NCBI GenBank assembly: GCA_964512625.1
Contig: CAZEKG010000001.1
Location: forward strand, 127,652-191,651
Reading direction: 5' to 3'
Length of the DNA: 64,000 bases
From: an uncultured Gammaproteobacteria bacterium
GTDB lineage: Bacteria > Patescibacteriota > Patescibacteriia > 2-01-FULL-39-33
Shown here: positions 28,654-36,608 of the stretch, piece by piece
How positions within the stretch are numbered: position 1 is the first letter of the stretch
How the letters are laid out: the number at the start of each line of letters is the position of its first letter
Notes under the pieces: generated by a model
Databases searched by the model: none
Told to the model about the DNA's origin: nothing
What the model saw: only the letters and a program-made list of their open reading frames with translations
Program-made: the position numbers and the translations under genes

Positions 28654-30309
28654 CTAGACAGTCGCAACGACAGCGGCAACTCTTTCGAGGTAGCCGTCCT
28701 CGTCAACACGCAGTTGCTTAGAATCGATAAGACGGTTAATGGCCGACTGAATAGCCTTGACCATCAAACCATCCTTCATATTCAAAGGCAACGCGTAGCC
28801 TTCGAGGTTTCTTGCCTGCCTTAAACGGTTTACCACCTCGCCTCTCTTGAGATATACCTTGTCAGCCGAGGCTCGATCGATAATCTGTAAGACAGCCGCT
28901 TGCCAATCCTCCGGCGAATCAATGAGCTTCCGGCCGTCTTGGTAGAATTTACCTTTAGCCGAACCTTTATCGTAGAAGGACCTATTAATGGCGTCCTTCC
29001 CCGACTGAGGGCCTCGAGCTATCCTTTCGTCATCCAAGACGACAAGGTAGTTTTCCTTTTCCAAGGCGACTAACTCATTACGAAGATGATTCTCGACATT
29101 AGTATCAGAGAAAGTCGAGATATCATAGCTGAAGTAAGGAGCTGAAGATTTCGCTTTCTCCGTCACTCCCTCAAAAGTCAGGGTGTAGCCGGACTTCTCA
29201 AGAATACCCAACAAGATCTTTTGCCAATCTTCACTGGCAACAGGATACTTCAAAGGACCTTGAGGTGGCGCCGGACCGTGATTCTTTTCACGCCCCTGGG
29301 GATTTCTTCGCCCCGAGGCATCATCATCAGAGCCATCCTCGGCAGTTACGTATTCGCCGACAATACTCCTTAGCTTCTCGCGTCCCTTGGTGGTCAAATC
29401 GTAACAACCAGTAACAGGATCGCGTCTCAGCAGTTCCGCCTTACTCGAACCGTAGTTGAGCTGTTGAGTTATCGTCTTATTATCGAAACGTGGGTTGGCT
29501 TTCAGTGCTCGAGTGATATCATCGCGACTCATCGGACCCCGAGTAAAAACAGTAAGCAACTGATCGATAAGCTTCCCGGATTTCCCGGTCTTGGCTCGCC
29601 GATGAGATGCTTGCAATTGCGCCAAACGATCTTCGCGGTTAACTGACCGGCCATTGCCGGATTCAGCCTTTTCTTCCCGCAATTGAGCCTGGAGCTGTTG
29701 TTTGCACGTAACCTTCTGAGCGCTATCGACGGCTCCCGATTCAGCTCCTGTCTCTTCCGCCCGATGCCACTTGCGGTCAGTCCTACCGATACGACCGCTT
29801 TTTTTCAGTTTCAAAAGAGCCTGATAAACAGCGCCTTCGCTGTTCCCAACCTCTGAAGCAACTTCTTTAGTCGTAAACCCGCGTTTCGGTCCGCGACGGC
29901 TGACAATCTCGACGAGCTTATCTGATTTATCGTTCCGCTGTCCGCCCTTCGGCTTTTGGTTTGTAGCCGTTTCCTTGGAAACAGCCCGCCCATTGCCTTT
30001 CGAATCCGAGGTAGCTTTTTCCGGCAATTCAAGAATCTCTAAATCTCCTCTCGACTGAGAAGGAAGCAAGGCAAGATTTTCCTGCGCCTTCCTGGTAATA
30101 GCTTCGGCCTGCGCCGAAAGCTTCCCGGCATTTTCGATCTGCTTCCGATTTAGATCGTGAACCAAATCAAAAAACCTGCCGGTAAAATCCTTCCGATCCT
30201 CCTCGCTCAGACCCGTCTCCGGATCAATGCTGTGAACATCGGAAACCAAGACTGCCCCATCCTTTGGAAGAACAACCGCCAAGAAATTGCTTATTACCTG
30301 ACTTTCCAT
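28654..30309 (-). CDS. hypothetical protein with several winged-helix-like repeats, GC-rich orphan ORF (cassette c, gene 2)
   Basis: 551 aa with ~52% GC. Three or four segments have wHTH-like periodicity, separated by charged low-complexity linkers. Confidence 0.5.
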   Translation of the reverse strand: MESQVISNFLAVVLPKDGAVLVSDVHSIDPETGLSEEDRKDFTGRFFDLVHDLNRKQIENAGKLSAQAEAITRKAQENLALLPSQSRGDLEILELPEKATSDSKGNGRAVSKETATNQKPKGGQRNDKSDKLVEIVSRRGPKRGFTTKEVASEVGNSEGAVYQALLKLKKSGRIGRTDRKWHRAEETGAESGAVDSAQKVTCKQQLQAQLREEKAESGNGRSVNREDRLAQLQASHRRAKTGKSGKLIDQLLTVFTRGPMSRDDITRALKANPRFDNKTITQQLNYGSSKAELLRRDPVTGCYDLTTKGREKLRSIVGEYVTAEDGSDDDASGRRNPQGREKNHGPAPPQGPLKYPVASEDWQKILLGILEKSGYTLTFEGVTEKAKSSAPYFSYDISTFSDTNVENHLRNELVALEKENYLVVLDDERIARGPQSGKDAINRSFYDKGSAKGKFYQDGRKLIDSPEDWQAAVLQIIDRASADKVYLKRGEVVNRLRQARNLEGYALPLNMKDGLMVKAIQSAINRLIDSKQLRVDEDGYLERVAAVVATV

Positions 30310-30447
30310 GACCTACCCCTTTTAACCGTTCCCACCCTAAAAACACAAGAAAACTGATTTATTTCAAGCGCCTAATTCGACGCTACTTTTTAAGTACGAC
30401 TCACTAATTCAGTTTAATAACAATCGCCTATTTAAGTCAAATTAAAA

Positions 30448-30470
30448 ACACCCATAAAGGTGTTTTTAAT
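30448..30470 (-). terminator. terminator downstream of tRNA-Glu
   Basis: ACACC-N5-GGTGT with a T-run on the minus strand. Confidence 0.5.
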
Positions 30471-30477
30471 TTCTTTG

Positions 30478-30549
30478 TAGCCCCACGGAGAATCGAACTC
30501 CGGTTCTCGCCTTGAGAAGGCGGTGTCCTAGCCACTAGACGATGAGGCC
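30478..30549 (-). tRNA. tRNA-Glu (anticodon CTC)
   Basis: Manual cloverleaf: acceptor GGCCTCA/TGGGGCT (two G-U pairs), D-arm GTCT/GGAC, anticodon loop TTCTCAA, T-arm CGGAG-TTCGATT-CTCCG, discriminator A; no encoded CCA. Confidence 0.75.
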
Positions 30550-30627
30550 GAATAAAATAACATTGTCAACATTATACATATATATTATAATAAAATCAAG
30601 TCTAACTAAATAATGGGAGGTAATAAT

Positions 30628-31203
30628 ATGGAAAAAATAGATTTGGGCGCTTTCGCCAAGGGCATAACCATTGCCGTCATCATGCTCATAGTCGGCCTAT
30701 GCCTTTTTGGCTGGGGCTTAAGTATCGGCTTATCAAGTCCGAAAGCCGCTAACAATAGCTGCCTTAAAGAAGCGGCAAAAAAAGTCGAAGATTCCAATCT
30801 TTTTATCATGGACAAGCAACCGCTTAATGCCATAACAGGTAAAATAACAAAAATAGAAAACGGCAAGCTTTACTTAGAAGCAGCTAATCTCATGCAAAAT
30901 CCCCTAGCCGAATCAACTCCGAAAGAGAGGGCGATTAATTACGACGATACGATAAAAATCTCCTTGCAGCAAAATAAATCACCCGAGACGATGAATGCTG
31001 ACATGGCTAAGTTCAATAAAGAGATGGCGGCCTTTTCCAAAGATCCGAAAATCGCTCCTCCTATGCCTCCCATGCCTTTTGAAATAAAAACCATCAGTCC
31101 TTCCGAATTAAAAACCGGAGTTAGCGTAATGATTATGTCTTCTGAAGACATAAGATACGCCAAAGAAGTAAAAGCCAGCGAAATAAGAATCATCAATCCT
31201 TAA
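30628..31203 (+). CDS. hypothetical membrane-anchored protein with proline-rich segment
   Basis: The start was set at the ATG after GGGAGG (30615-30620). N-terminal TM; PPMPPMP motif. Confidence 0.5.
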   Translation: MEKIDLGAFAKGITIAVIMLIVGLCLFGWGLSIGLSSPKAANNSCLKEAAKKVEDSNLFIMDKQPLNAITGKITKIENGKLYLEAANLMQNPLAESTPKERAINYDDTIKISLQQNKSPETMNADMAKFNKEMAAFSKDPKIAPPMPPMPFEIKTISPSELKTGVSVMIMSSEDIRYAKEVKASEIRIINP

Positions 31204-31213
31204 GCTTATAAAT

Positions 31214-31250
31214 AAAAAACTCCGAAACACTTCGGGGTTTTTTTATTCGC
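31214..31250 (+). terminator. rho-independent terminator
   Basis: CTCCGAA-ACAC-TTCGGGG followed by T7. Confidence 0.6.
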
Positions 31251-31257
31251 ATTTATT

Positions 31258-31310
31258 TTTGTATCTGTATTTGTATTTGTATTTGCGTTAGTATTTGCGA
31301 GCGTTAAAAA
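31258..31310. repeat. GTATTT hexamer tandem repeat ending in the 20-mer GTATTTGCGAGCGTTAAAAA (copy A)
   Basis: tgtatt x4-5, then the 20-mer at 31291-31310, which is identical to 41885-41904. Confidence 0.6.
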
Positions 31311-31856
31311 TCAAAACTTATAAACGAAAATCCGATTAAGCTCCGTATTATCCTGATTAGTAATAACCACCTTATCCGCCTGCCTCCTCTTAAGAGCAAA
31401 CCCGTAAGTAACAACCCTGCTGCCAGGCTTCATTTCCTTAACAAACTTATCGTGAAGCTTATCCATGGTTTCGGGAAATAGATAGCAAAAAACGATATCC
31501 GCTTTCGAAAGATCCGCTTTATACATATTAGAAAAATGAACTTCTGTTTTTTTATAACGCCCATACCAAAGATTAAAAATCGCCATTAAGTAAGGCCAAA
31601 CAGAAATTTCATACCCGATACCCCTGGTATTATAATTCTTTTCCGCATAAGTCAGTAAATGGGCTTTACCGCAACCAAGATCATAAATCAACTCATTGGG
31701 CTTAGCCTCAACCGCCTCCATAATCGCCTTAAAATCCTTATTGGATGTTGAAATAAAAGGAATGCCTTCTGCCGCAATCATACCGATAACAATGAGCGAA
31801 GCGATAATCGCCGCCAATACCGACAAGATGAGCATTAAGAAAAGAATGTAGATCAT
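31311..31856 (-). CDS. class I SAM-dependent methyltransferase with N-terminal TM helix
   Basis: LIYDLGCGKA motif I. Confidence 0.65.
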   Translation of the reverse strand: MIYILFLMLILSVLAAIIASLIVIGMIAAEGIPFISTSNKDFKAIMEAVEAKPNELIYDLGCGKAHLLTYAEKNYNTRGIGYEISVWPYLMAIFNLWYGRYKKTEVHFSNMYKADLSKADIVFCYLFPETMDKLHDKFVKEMKPGSRVVTYGFALKRRQADKVVITNQDNTELNRIFVYKF

Positions 31857-31920
31857 AATAAGTCTTAAGTTATAATAACTGACTGAATTATAACAATTTT
31901 TAGGCTATTTTACATCCCCC

Positions 31921-31949
31921 TTGACAATTATCAAAAAAATCGATAAAAT
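31921..31949 (+). promoter_or_regulatory. sigma70-like promoter TTGACA-17-TAAAAT for rpmE-prfA
   Basis: Hexamers at 31921-31926 and 31944-31949. Confidence 0.45.
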
Positions 31950-32000
31950 ACGCATATTGGTTACAGTAATTGGCCAAATACTTAAATAAGACAATAAATT

Positions 32001-32294
32001 ATGAAAAAAGATATCCATCCGGAATATTACTCAGACTCTAAGGTTACCTGCGCTTGTGGCAATACCTTTACTGTTGGTTCAACCTTAAAAGCCATAAATA
32101 CTGAAATGTGCTCTGCTTGCCATCCTTTCTATTCAGGCAAACAAAAATTAGTAGATACCGCTAGACGCGTCGATAAATTCCAAAAGAGAGTCGCCGCTCA
32201 AGAAGGTTCTGCCGCCACTCGAAAAGGCAAGAAAGTTAAGAAGGAAAAGTTAAAAATCATCAAAGAGACTAAAAAAGCTAAGACCGAAAAATAG
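32001..32294 (+). CDS. rpmE: 50S ribosomal protein L31 (zinc-ribbon type) with Lys-rich C-terminal extension
   Basis: MKKDIHPEY start and CxC...CxxC zinc site. 97 aa against the usual ~70. Confidence 0.85.
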   Translation: MKKDIHPEYYSDSKVTCACGNTFTVGSTLKAINTEMCSACHPFYSGKQKLVDTARRVDKFQKRVAAQEGSAATRKGKKVKKEKLKIIKETKKAKTEK

Positions 32295-32300
32295 CTTAAA

Positions 32301-32347
32301 TAAAATAAAAAGAACCCTTAAGGCATAAGATGCGTGGGTTCTTTTTA
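32301..32347 (+). terminator. rho-independent terminator after rpmE
   Basis: AGAACCC...GGGTTCT followed by TTTTTATTT. Confidence 0.5.
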
Positions 32348-32385
32348 TTTAAAGCCGTTTAAAAACTATTCCTTTTAACTTAAGG

Positions 32386-33471
32386 ATGGCCTATAATGTA
32401 ATTATGAGAGAAAAACTAGCCAAACTGCAATTAAGATTCGAAGAATTGGAACGCCTGCTTCAGGACGAGTCCATTGTTTCTAATCCGGAAAAAAGCAAGA
32501 AAATCGCCCAGGAATATGATGACCTTAAGGAAGTTATTGAGGCGAATAAGAAACTTAATAAAGTTGAGAGCGATCTGATTGAAATAGATAAGATGCTTGA
32601 AGATAATAAAGATGATGAGGAATTGAAAGCCATAACCGAGGAAGAGAAAAAAGCCCTTATCGAACAACAAAACGAATTAGAAAAAGAAATTCGGACTTTA
32701 CTGATCCCGAAGGATCCGGCCGATAAAAAAAATGTCATTATGGAAATAAGAGCCGGCGCCGGAGGCGACGAATCGGCTTTATTTTCAGCTGAGCTTTTCC
32801 GCATGTATTCCCGCTTTGCCGAAAAAAAGAATTGGAAAGTATCCCTAATCTCTTCTAATAAGATCGGCATCGGCGGTTTTAAAGAAGTTATTTTTGAAGT
32901 AAAGGGCAAAGATATTTACGGCTTGATGAAATATGAAAGTGGCGTCCACCGAGTCCAGCGAGTGCCGGAAACGGAGAAAAAAGGCCGCGTCCATACCTCA
33001 ACAGTGACTGTCGCCGTTATTCCGGAAATAGAAGATGTCGATATTAAAATCGACCCGAAAGACTTAAGAATCGATACCTTCTGTGCTGGAGGCCATGGTG
33101 GACAATCAGTCAATACGACTTATTCGGCGGTTCGCATAACCCATATCCCGACCAACTTAGTCGTTAACTGCCAAGACGAAAGATCTCAGCTCCAAAATAG
33201 AGAAAAAGCTATGATGGTTCTTCGCTCCCGGCTTTGGGCCCTAAGAAGAGAAGAAGAGGAAAAGAAGCTGAGCGCCGAGAGAAAATCCCAAATCGGAACG
33301 GGCGACCGCAGCGAAAAAATCAGAACTTATAACTTCCCTCAAGATCGCATTACTGATCATCGAGTCAATCTTAACTTCAATAACATTCCGGTCATCCTTG
33401 ACGGCGAAATAGAAGAGATAATCAAAGCCGTTAAAGAACATTACGATAACCTGCAAATCGTCGCTGATTAA
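32386..33471 (+). CDS. prfA: peptide chain release factor 1
   Basis: GGQ motif ([11 protein letters not shown]). The RF1-type codon-recognition loop [13 protein letters not shown] carries PET where PAT/PVT is expected. Exact start codon uncertain. Confidence 0.85.
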   Translation: MAYNVIMREKLAKLQLRFEELERLLQDESIVSNPEKSKKIAQEYDDLKEVIEANKKLNKVESDLIEIDKMLEDNKDDEELKAITEEEKKALIEQQNELEKEIRTLLIPKDPADKKNVIMEIRAGAGGDESALFSAELFRMYSRFAEKKNWKVSLISSNKIGIGGFKEVIFEVKGKDIYGLMKYESGVHRVQRVPETEKKGRVHTSTVTVAVIPEIEDVDIKIDPKDLRIDTFCAGGHGGQSVNTTYSAVRITHIPTNLVVNCQDERSQLQNREKAMMVLRSRLWALRREEEEKKLSAERKSQIGTGDRSEKIRTYNFPQDRITDHRVNLNFNNIPVILDGEIEEIIKAVKEHYDNLQIVAD

Positions 33472-33508
33472 AAAATACTCCCTAACCGGAGTATTTTTTA
33501 TTTTAAGT

Positions 33509-34342
33509 CTATTTAACTATTTTCTTATTCTTTTTACCTGGCAAAAAATTCTCTTTAGAGACAACCGGCCTTCCAAGTTTGCGTTCAATTTGCTTCCTAG
33601 CCGATCCGGCGATTTGGCCGCCCGACCTGGCGTCGTCCTTTAGCCTTGGCAAGCCTTCTGATTCATTTTTACGATGTATTTCCGTCGTCGTCTGCTCTCC
33701 CAGCATAGTCAGAATTAATTCCAGATCATTCATATGATCTCTAAGATTTTCTCTCTTCAATCCTTTAATTTTTTTATACTCAGACGGTATAACGCCAAAA
33801 GTCGCCTTAGATATCTCAGCGGTCAAGATTTCATAATCCTTTTGCCTTTCCGCTCCTCGTTTATCCCATTCGTCCGTCAGCTCATTGCGAACAGCAATTC
33901 CTCGCATTCTTTTTTCTATCCAATTATCCGGGTAACCCTTTAACTTATAAAGTGTCTTAGCGCGTTTTGAGGCCAATTCCGGGTCTTCGATTTCCTTAAT
34001 TCTTTCATAGCCGACTTTAGCCAGCCAGCGTTTAAGTGGCTCAGCTTTAGGCGATGGAATTGACTGGATAATACGAAATAAGCCTTCTGTATTGGCGCAA
34101 TCGGTTTCTCGCATTTTGCCATCTTCGGCTGTCATTTTCAACTGTTCCCAAAATGGGAACGGTTGAGACATATCTTTATCTCTTTCTTTCATTTTAGCCC
34201 AATATGTCTTCGGCTGTGGACTATCAGTCAAAATGGCGATAATATCTAAAATAGAAAACCACCATTCTTTATGAAAAATGGTCTTTCTAATTGCATTGCC
34301 TTTAAAAATTGCAACTTGGTTAATTATCTCCTTATTATCCAT
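33509..34342 (-). CDS. DinD-like protein (Bro-N domain, DNA-damage-inducible protein D family)
   Basis: N-terminal Bro-N-like region. The C-terminal region KGLKRENLRDHMNDLELILTMLGEQTTTEIHRK parallels E. coli DinD KGLKKNQKILDHMGSTELAANLFRATQTEEKLKR. Own TTGCCG-17-TATAAT promoter. Confidence 0.55.
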   Translation of the reverse strand: MDNKEIINQVAIFKGNAIRKTIFHKEWWFSILDIIAILTDSPQPKTYWAKMKERDKDMSQPFPFWEQLKMTAEDGKMRETDCANTEGLFRIIQSIPSPKAEPLKRWLAKVGYERIKEIEDPELASKRAKTLYKLKGYPDNWIEKRMRGIAVRNELTDEWDKRGAERQKDYEILTAEISKATFGVIPSEYKKIKGLKRENLRDHMNDLELILTMLGEQTTTEIHRKNESEGLPRLKDDARSGGQIAGSARKQIERKLGRPVVSKENFLPGKKNKKIVK

Positions 34343-34440
34343 ACTAATGAATTATTACTCTTTGAGGTTAATTATACTCCTAAAGAATAACCTCGGCAAA
34401 GCCTATCAAATGGACCTGAATTTTTAATTTGACGCATATA

Positions 34441-34472
34441 AAAAACTCAGTTGTCGACAACTGAGTTTTTTA
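34441..34472. terminator. bidirectional terminator
   Basis: Perfect hairpin CTCAGTTG-TCGA-CAACTGAG flanked by A6 and T6. Confidence 0.65.
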
Positions 34473-34547
34473 TTTACCCAAAAGGAATAATTTCTTATTT
34501 TTTTAAACTACCAAATATATTAGTCTGTAAAATATCCTATACTTATA

Positions 34548-34928
34548 CTACTCTGCTTTTTTTCTAGCAGTGATATATATAGTATAGACACCAGTGTCCG
34601 TTCGGTCAATTTTATGATACATAATTATTCCCATTTCTTCCAGTTGTTTATATAGGGAACTCATTTTATCGAATTTTTCTTCAATAACCTTACGATTTTC
34701 ATCGAAATATATAATAGCTCGATCTCCATCATATAAACTACTATAAACTGCCCACAATAAATTTTCCTCTTCTCTACTGAGTCCATCCCATTGTTTTATA
34801 AGATCACGAGCAGTAGGAAGCTTTAGCATTTCATTGATTAATTCCTGTCTTCTTTCAAGTACTTCTTGATTTTTTTTACCTTCCCCTTCAGTTTGGCTAT
34901 TTATTCTTTGTTCCGGTGATTTTGGCAT
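34548..34928 (-). CDS. hypothetical protein (orphan ORF in AT-rich low-coding region)
   Basis: 126-aa ORF; local GC ~32%, lower than the background. Confidence 0.4.
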   Translation of the reverse strand: MPKSPEQRINSQTEGEGKKNQEVLERRQELINEMLKLPTARDLIKQWDGLSREEENLLWAVYSSLYDGDRAIIYFDENRKVIEEKFDKMSSLYKQLEEMGIIMYHKIDRTDTGVYTIYITARKKAE

Positions 34929-35143
34929 AAAATTACAATAATATTTAAAATAATGATGCCTTTATTGTACCTCCCCCCGACAGGTTTTGGCAAATTTTTT
35001 TATCCACAGGCATTGATTTATTGACCTTCTGAGGCTGTATTCGTATCGGATTTGCGCCATTGATAAATATTGTGCCAACTTATTTATAAGGAGCCTGCCT
35101 ACCGGCAGGCAGGCATGATTTCGATCGGCGCGACTTTTTTTGT

Positions 35144-35170
35144 AATACTTTTTTTCTAGAAAAAAGTATT
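35144..35170. repeat. near-perfect 27-bp palindrome AATACTTTTTTT-CTAG-AAAAAAGTATT
   Basis: Read directly from the sequence; centred on CTAG with one-nt asymmetry in the homopolymer run. Confidence 0.6.
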
Positions 35171-35253
35171 AGGTATAAAAAAATAATGCAAGGGATTCCT
35201 CCACTCAGATGATTATATCCTCAGTCGGAATAACAATGCGGGATGACGAACAC

Positions 35254-35298
35254 AAAAAAAATACGCTCCTGCAATTACAAGAGCGTGTTTTTTTATTT
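35254..35298 (-). terminator. terminator downstream of murF
   Basis: ACGCTC-N12-GAGCGT flanked by A8 and T7. Confidence 0.55.
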
Positions 35299-35324
35299 TG
35301 CTTTTTAAATTTTAAACTTATCCC

Positions 35325-36608
35325 TTACTTCCCCTGCCAGAACTTATCAAACCTAACTAACAATTCTTCCGCTCTTAAAGGCTCAGCCATAATTTCCTTA
35401 ACGATTTTTTCCATTCTCGCCCCTTGAGAACCCTTAACAAGGATATAATCACCCTTATTTATCCTGCCTTGAACGAAAATCCCAGCCTCTTCGCGATCGG
35501 AAAAAGTAAATACCCTATCCCTATTCATGCCAAGACTTAAAGCTTTATCAGCAATAATCGCGGCTCTATCTCCAACCGTAATCAAATAATCAATTTTATT
35601 TTCTACGATTTTCTTACCGACTAATTCATGGCCCTCCCTAGTAAAATCACCAAGCTCCAACATATCGCCTAGGACTGCGTATTTATAAGTCTCCGTTTCA
35701 ATCCTACCTAAAACATCAACAGCCGCCGCCATCGAATCGGGCGAAGCATTATAGGTATCATCAATAATATATGTACCTTTAATGCCACTAATTAAATTCA
35801 TACGTCCGCTGGGCGCCTTGAATTGCTTTAAGGCCGTAGCTATTTCAACCATATTCATTTCAAAAATAATCCCAATCGCCGAAGCCGCCAAAGCAGCATA
35901 AACTAAATGCTCCCCTAAAATATTAGGCAAAAGAACCGGAACAGCGCTGCCATTATAAATCATTTTAAAACTTAGGCCTGATAAACCACCTAATTCGCCA
36001 TGAGAAAGACTGACTTCAACCGCTTTAATATCGGCTTCGTTTTTTATGCCGTAAGTTAAGCATCTACCTTTAGCCAAGCTAACCATGCTCTCCGTATATT
36101 GATTATCGTTATTTAAAACTGCCCAACCGTTCCGATCGATATGGGAAATAACAATAGCCTTTTCTTTAGCTATTCTCTCTAAGGTTCCAAAATGTTCAAG
36201 GTGAACAGGACCAATATTAGTTACCACTCCAACATAACAATTAACCAAATCAGTTAGATACTTCATATCGCCTTTCCGATCAACTCCCATTTCCAAAACT
36301 AAGATATCAGGATAATTTTTATCCTTAAAAATCATTAAGCTGACGGCTTTAATAAAGACTTTAGCCCAGCTGATAAGCGAACGGCCGCCAGAACCGGCAC
36401 CGATAATAGTCAAAGGCAAACCTATTTCATTATTATAGTTCTTGATATTGCGTCTGACTTTCAGCTTTGAGGCTAAAACGGCATAAATCGCCTCTTTAGT
36501 TGAGGTTTTACCCACACTACCGGTAATACCAACAACCTTCGGCTCATACCTTTTAAGGATAGCCGAGGCTAATAAAAACAAGATTTTTTTAAGGATTTTC
36601 CTGCCCAT
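35325..36608 (-). CDS. murF: UDP-N-acetylmuramoyl-tripeptide--D-alanyl-D-alanine ligase MurF
   Basis: Mur ligase P-loop GITGSVGKTSTKE and the three-domain architecture. Confidence 0.85.
   Translation of the reverse strand: MGRKILKKILFLLASAILKRYEPKVVGITGSVGKTSTKEAIYAVLASKLKVRRNIKNYNNEIGLPLTIIGAGSGGRSLISWAKVFIKAVSLMIFKDKNYPDILVLEMGVDRKGDMKYLTDLVNCYVGVVTNIGPVHLEHFGTLERIAKEKAIVISHIDRNGWAVLNNDNQYTESMVSLAKGRCLTYGIKNEADIKAVEVSLSHGELGGLSGLSFKMIYNGSAVPVLLPNILGEHLVYAALAASAIGIIFEMNMVEIATALKQFKAPSGRMNLISGIKGTYIIDDTYNASPDSMAAAVDVLGRIETETYKYAVLGDMLELGDFTREGHELVGKKIVENKIDYLITVGDRAAIIADKALSLGMNRDRVFTFSDREEAGIFVQGRINKGDYILVKGSQGARMEKIVKEIMAEPLRAEELLVRFDKFWQGK

Noticed and set aside
30395-30406. 12-nt exact match to the T7 class III promoter core (TACGACTCACTA) within AAGTACGACTCACTAATTCAG, just upstream of the 551-aa GC-rich gene
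   Set aside because: It is on the plus strand pointing into the minus-strand tRNA-Glu. No single-subunit RNAP gene is present. The match breaks at the essential +1 GGG region. Most likely chance; recorded only because it borders a probable acquired cassette.
32001-32294. L31 with a ~27-aa Lys-rich C-terminal extension as a possible fusion
   Set aside because: Basic C-terminal tails on ribosomal proteins are common in small-genome lineages. There is no second domain signature.
33734-34122. Small ORFs 33734-33943 (+) and 33940-34122 (-) inside the DinD-like gene
   Set aside because: Embedded in a longer ORF with recognisable homology.
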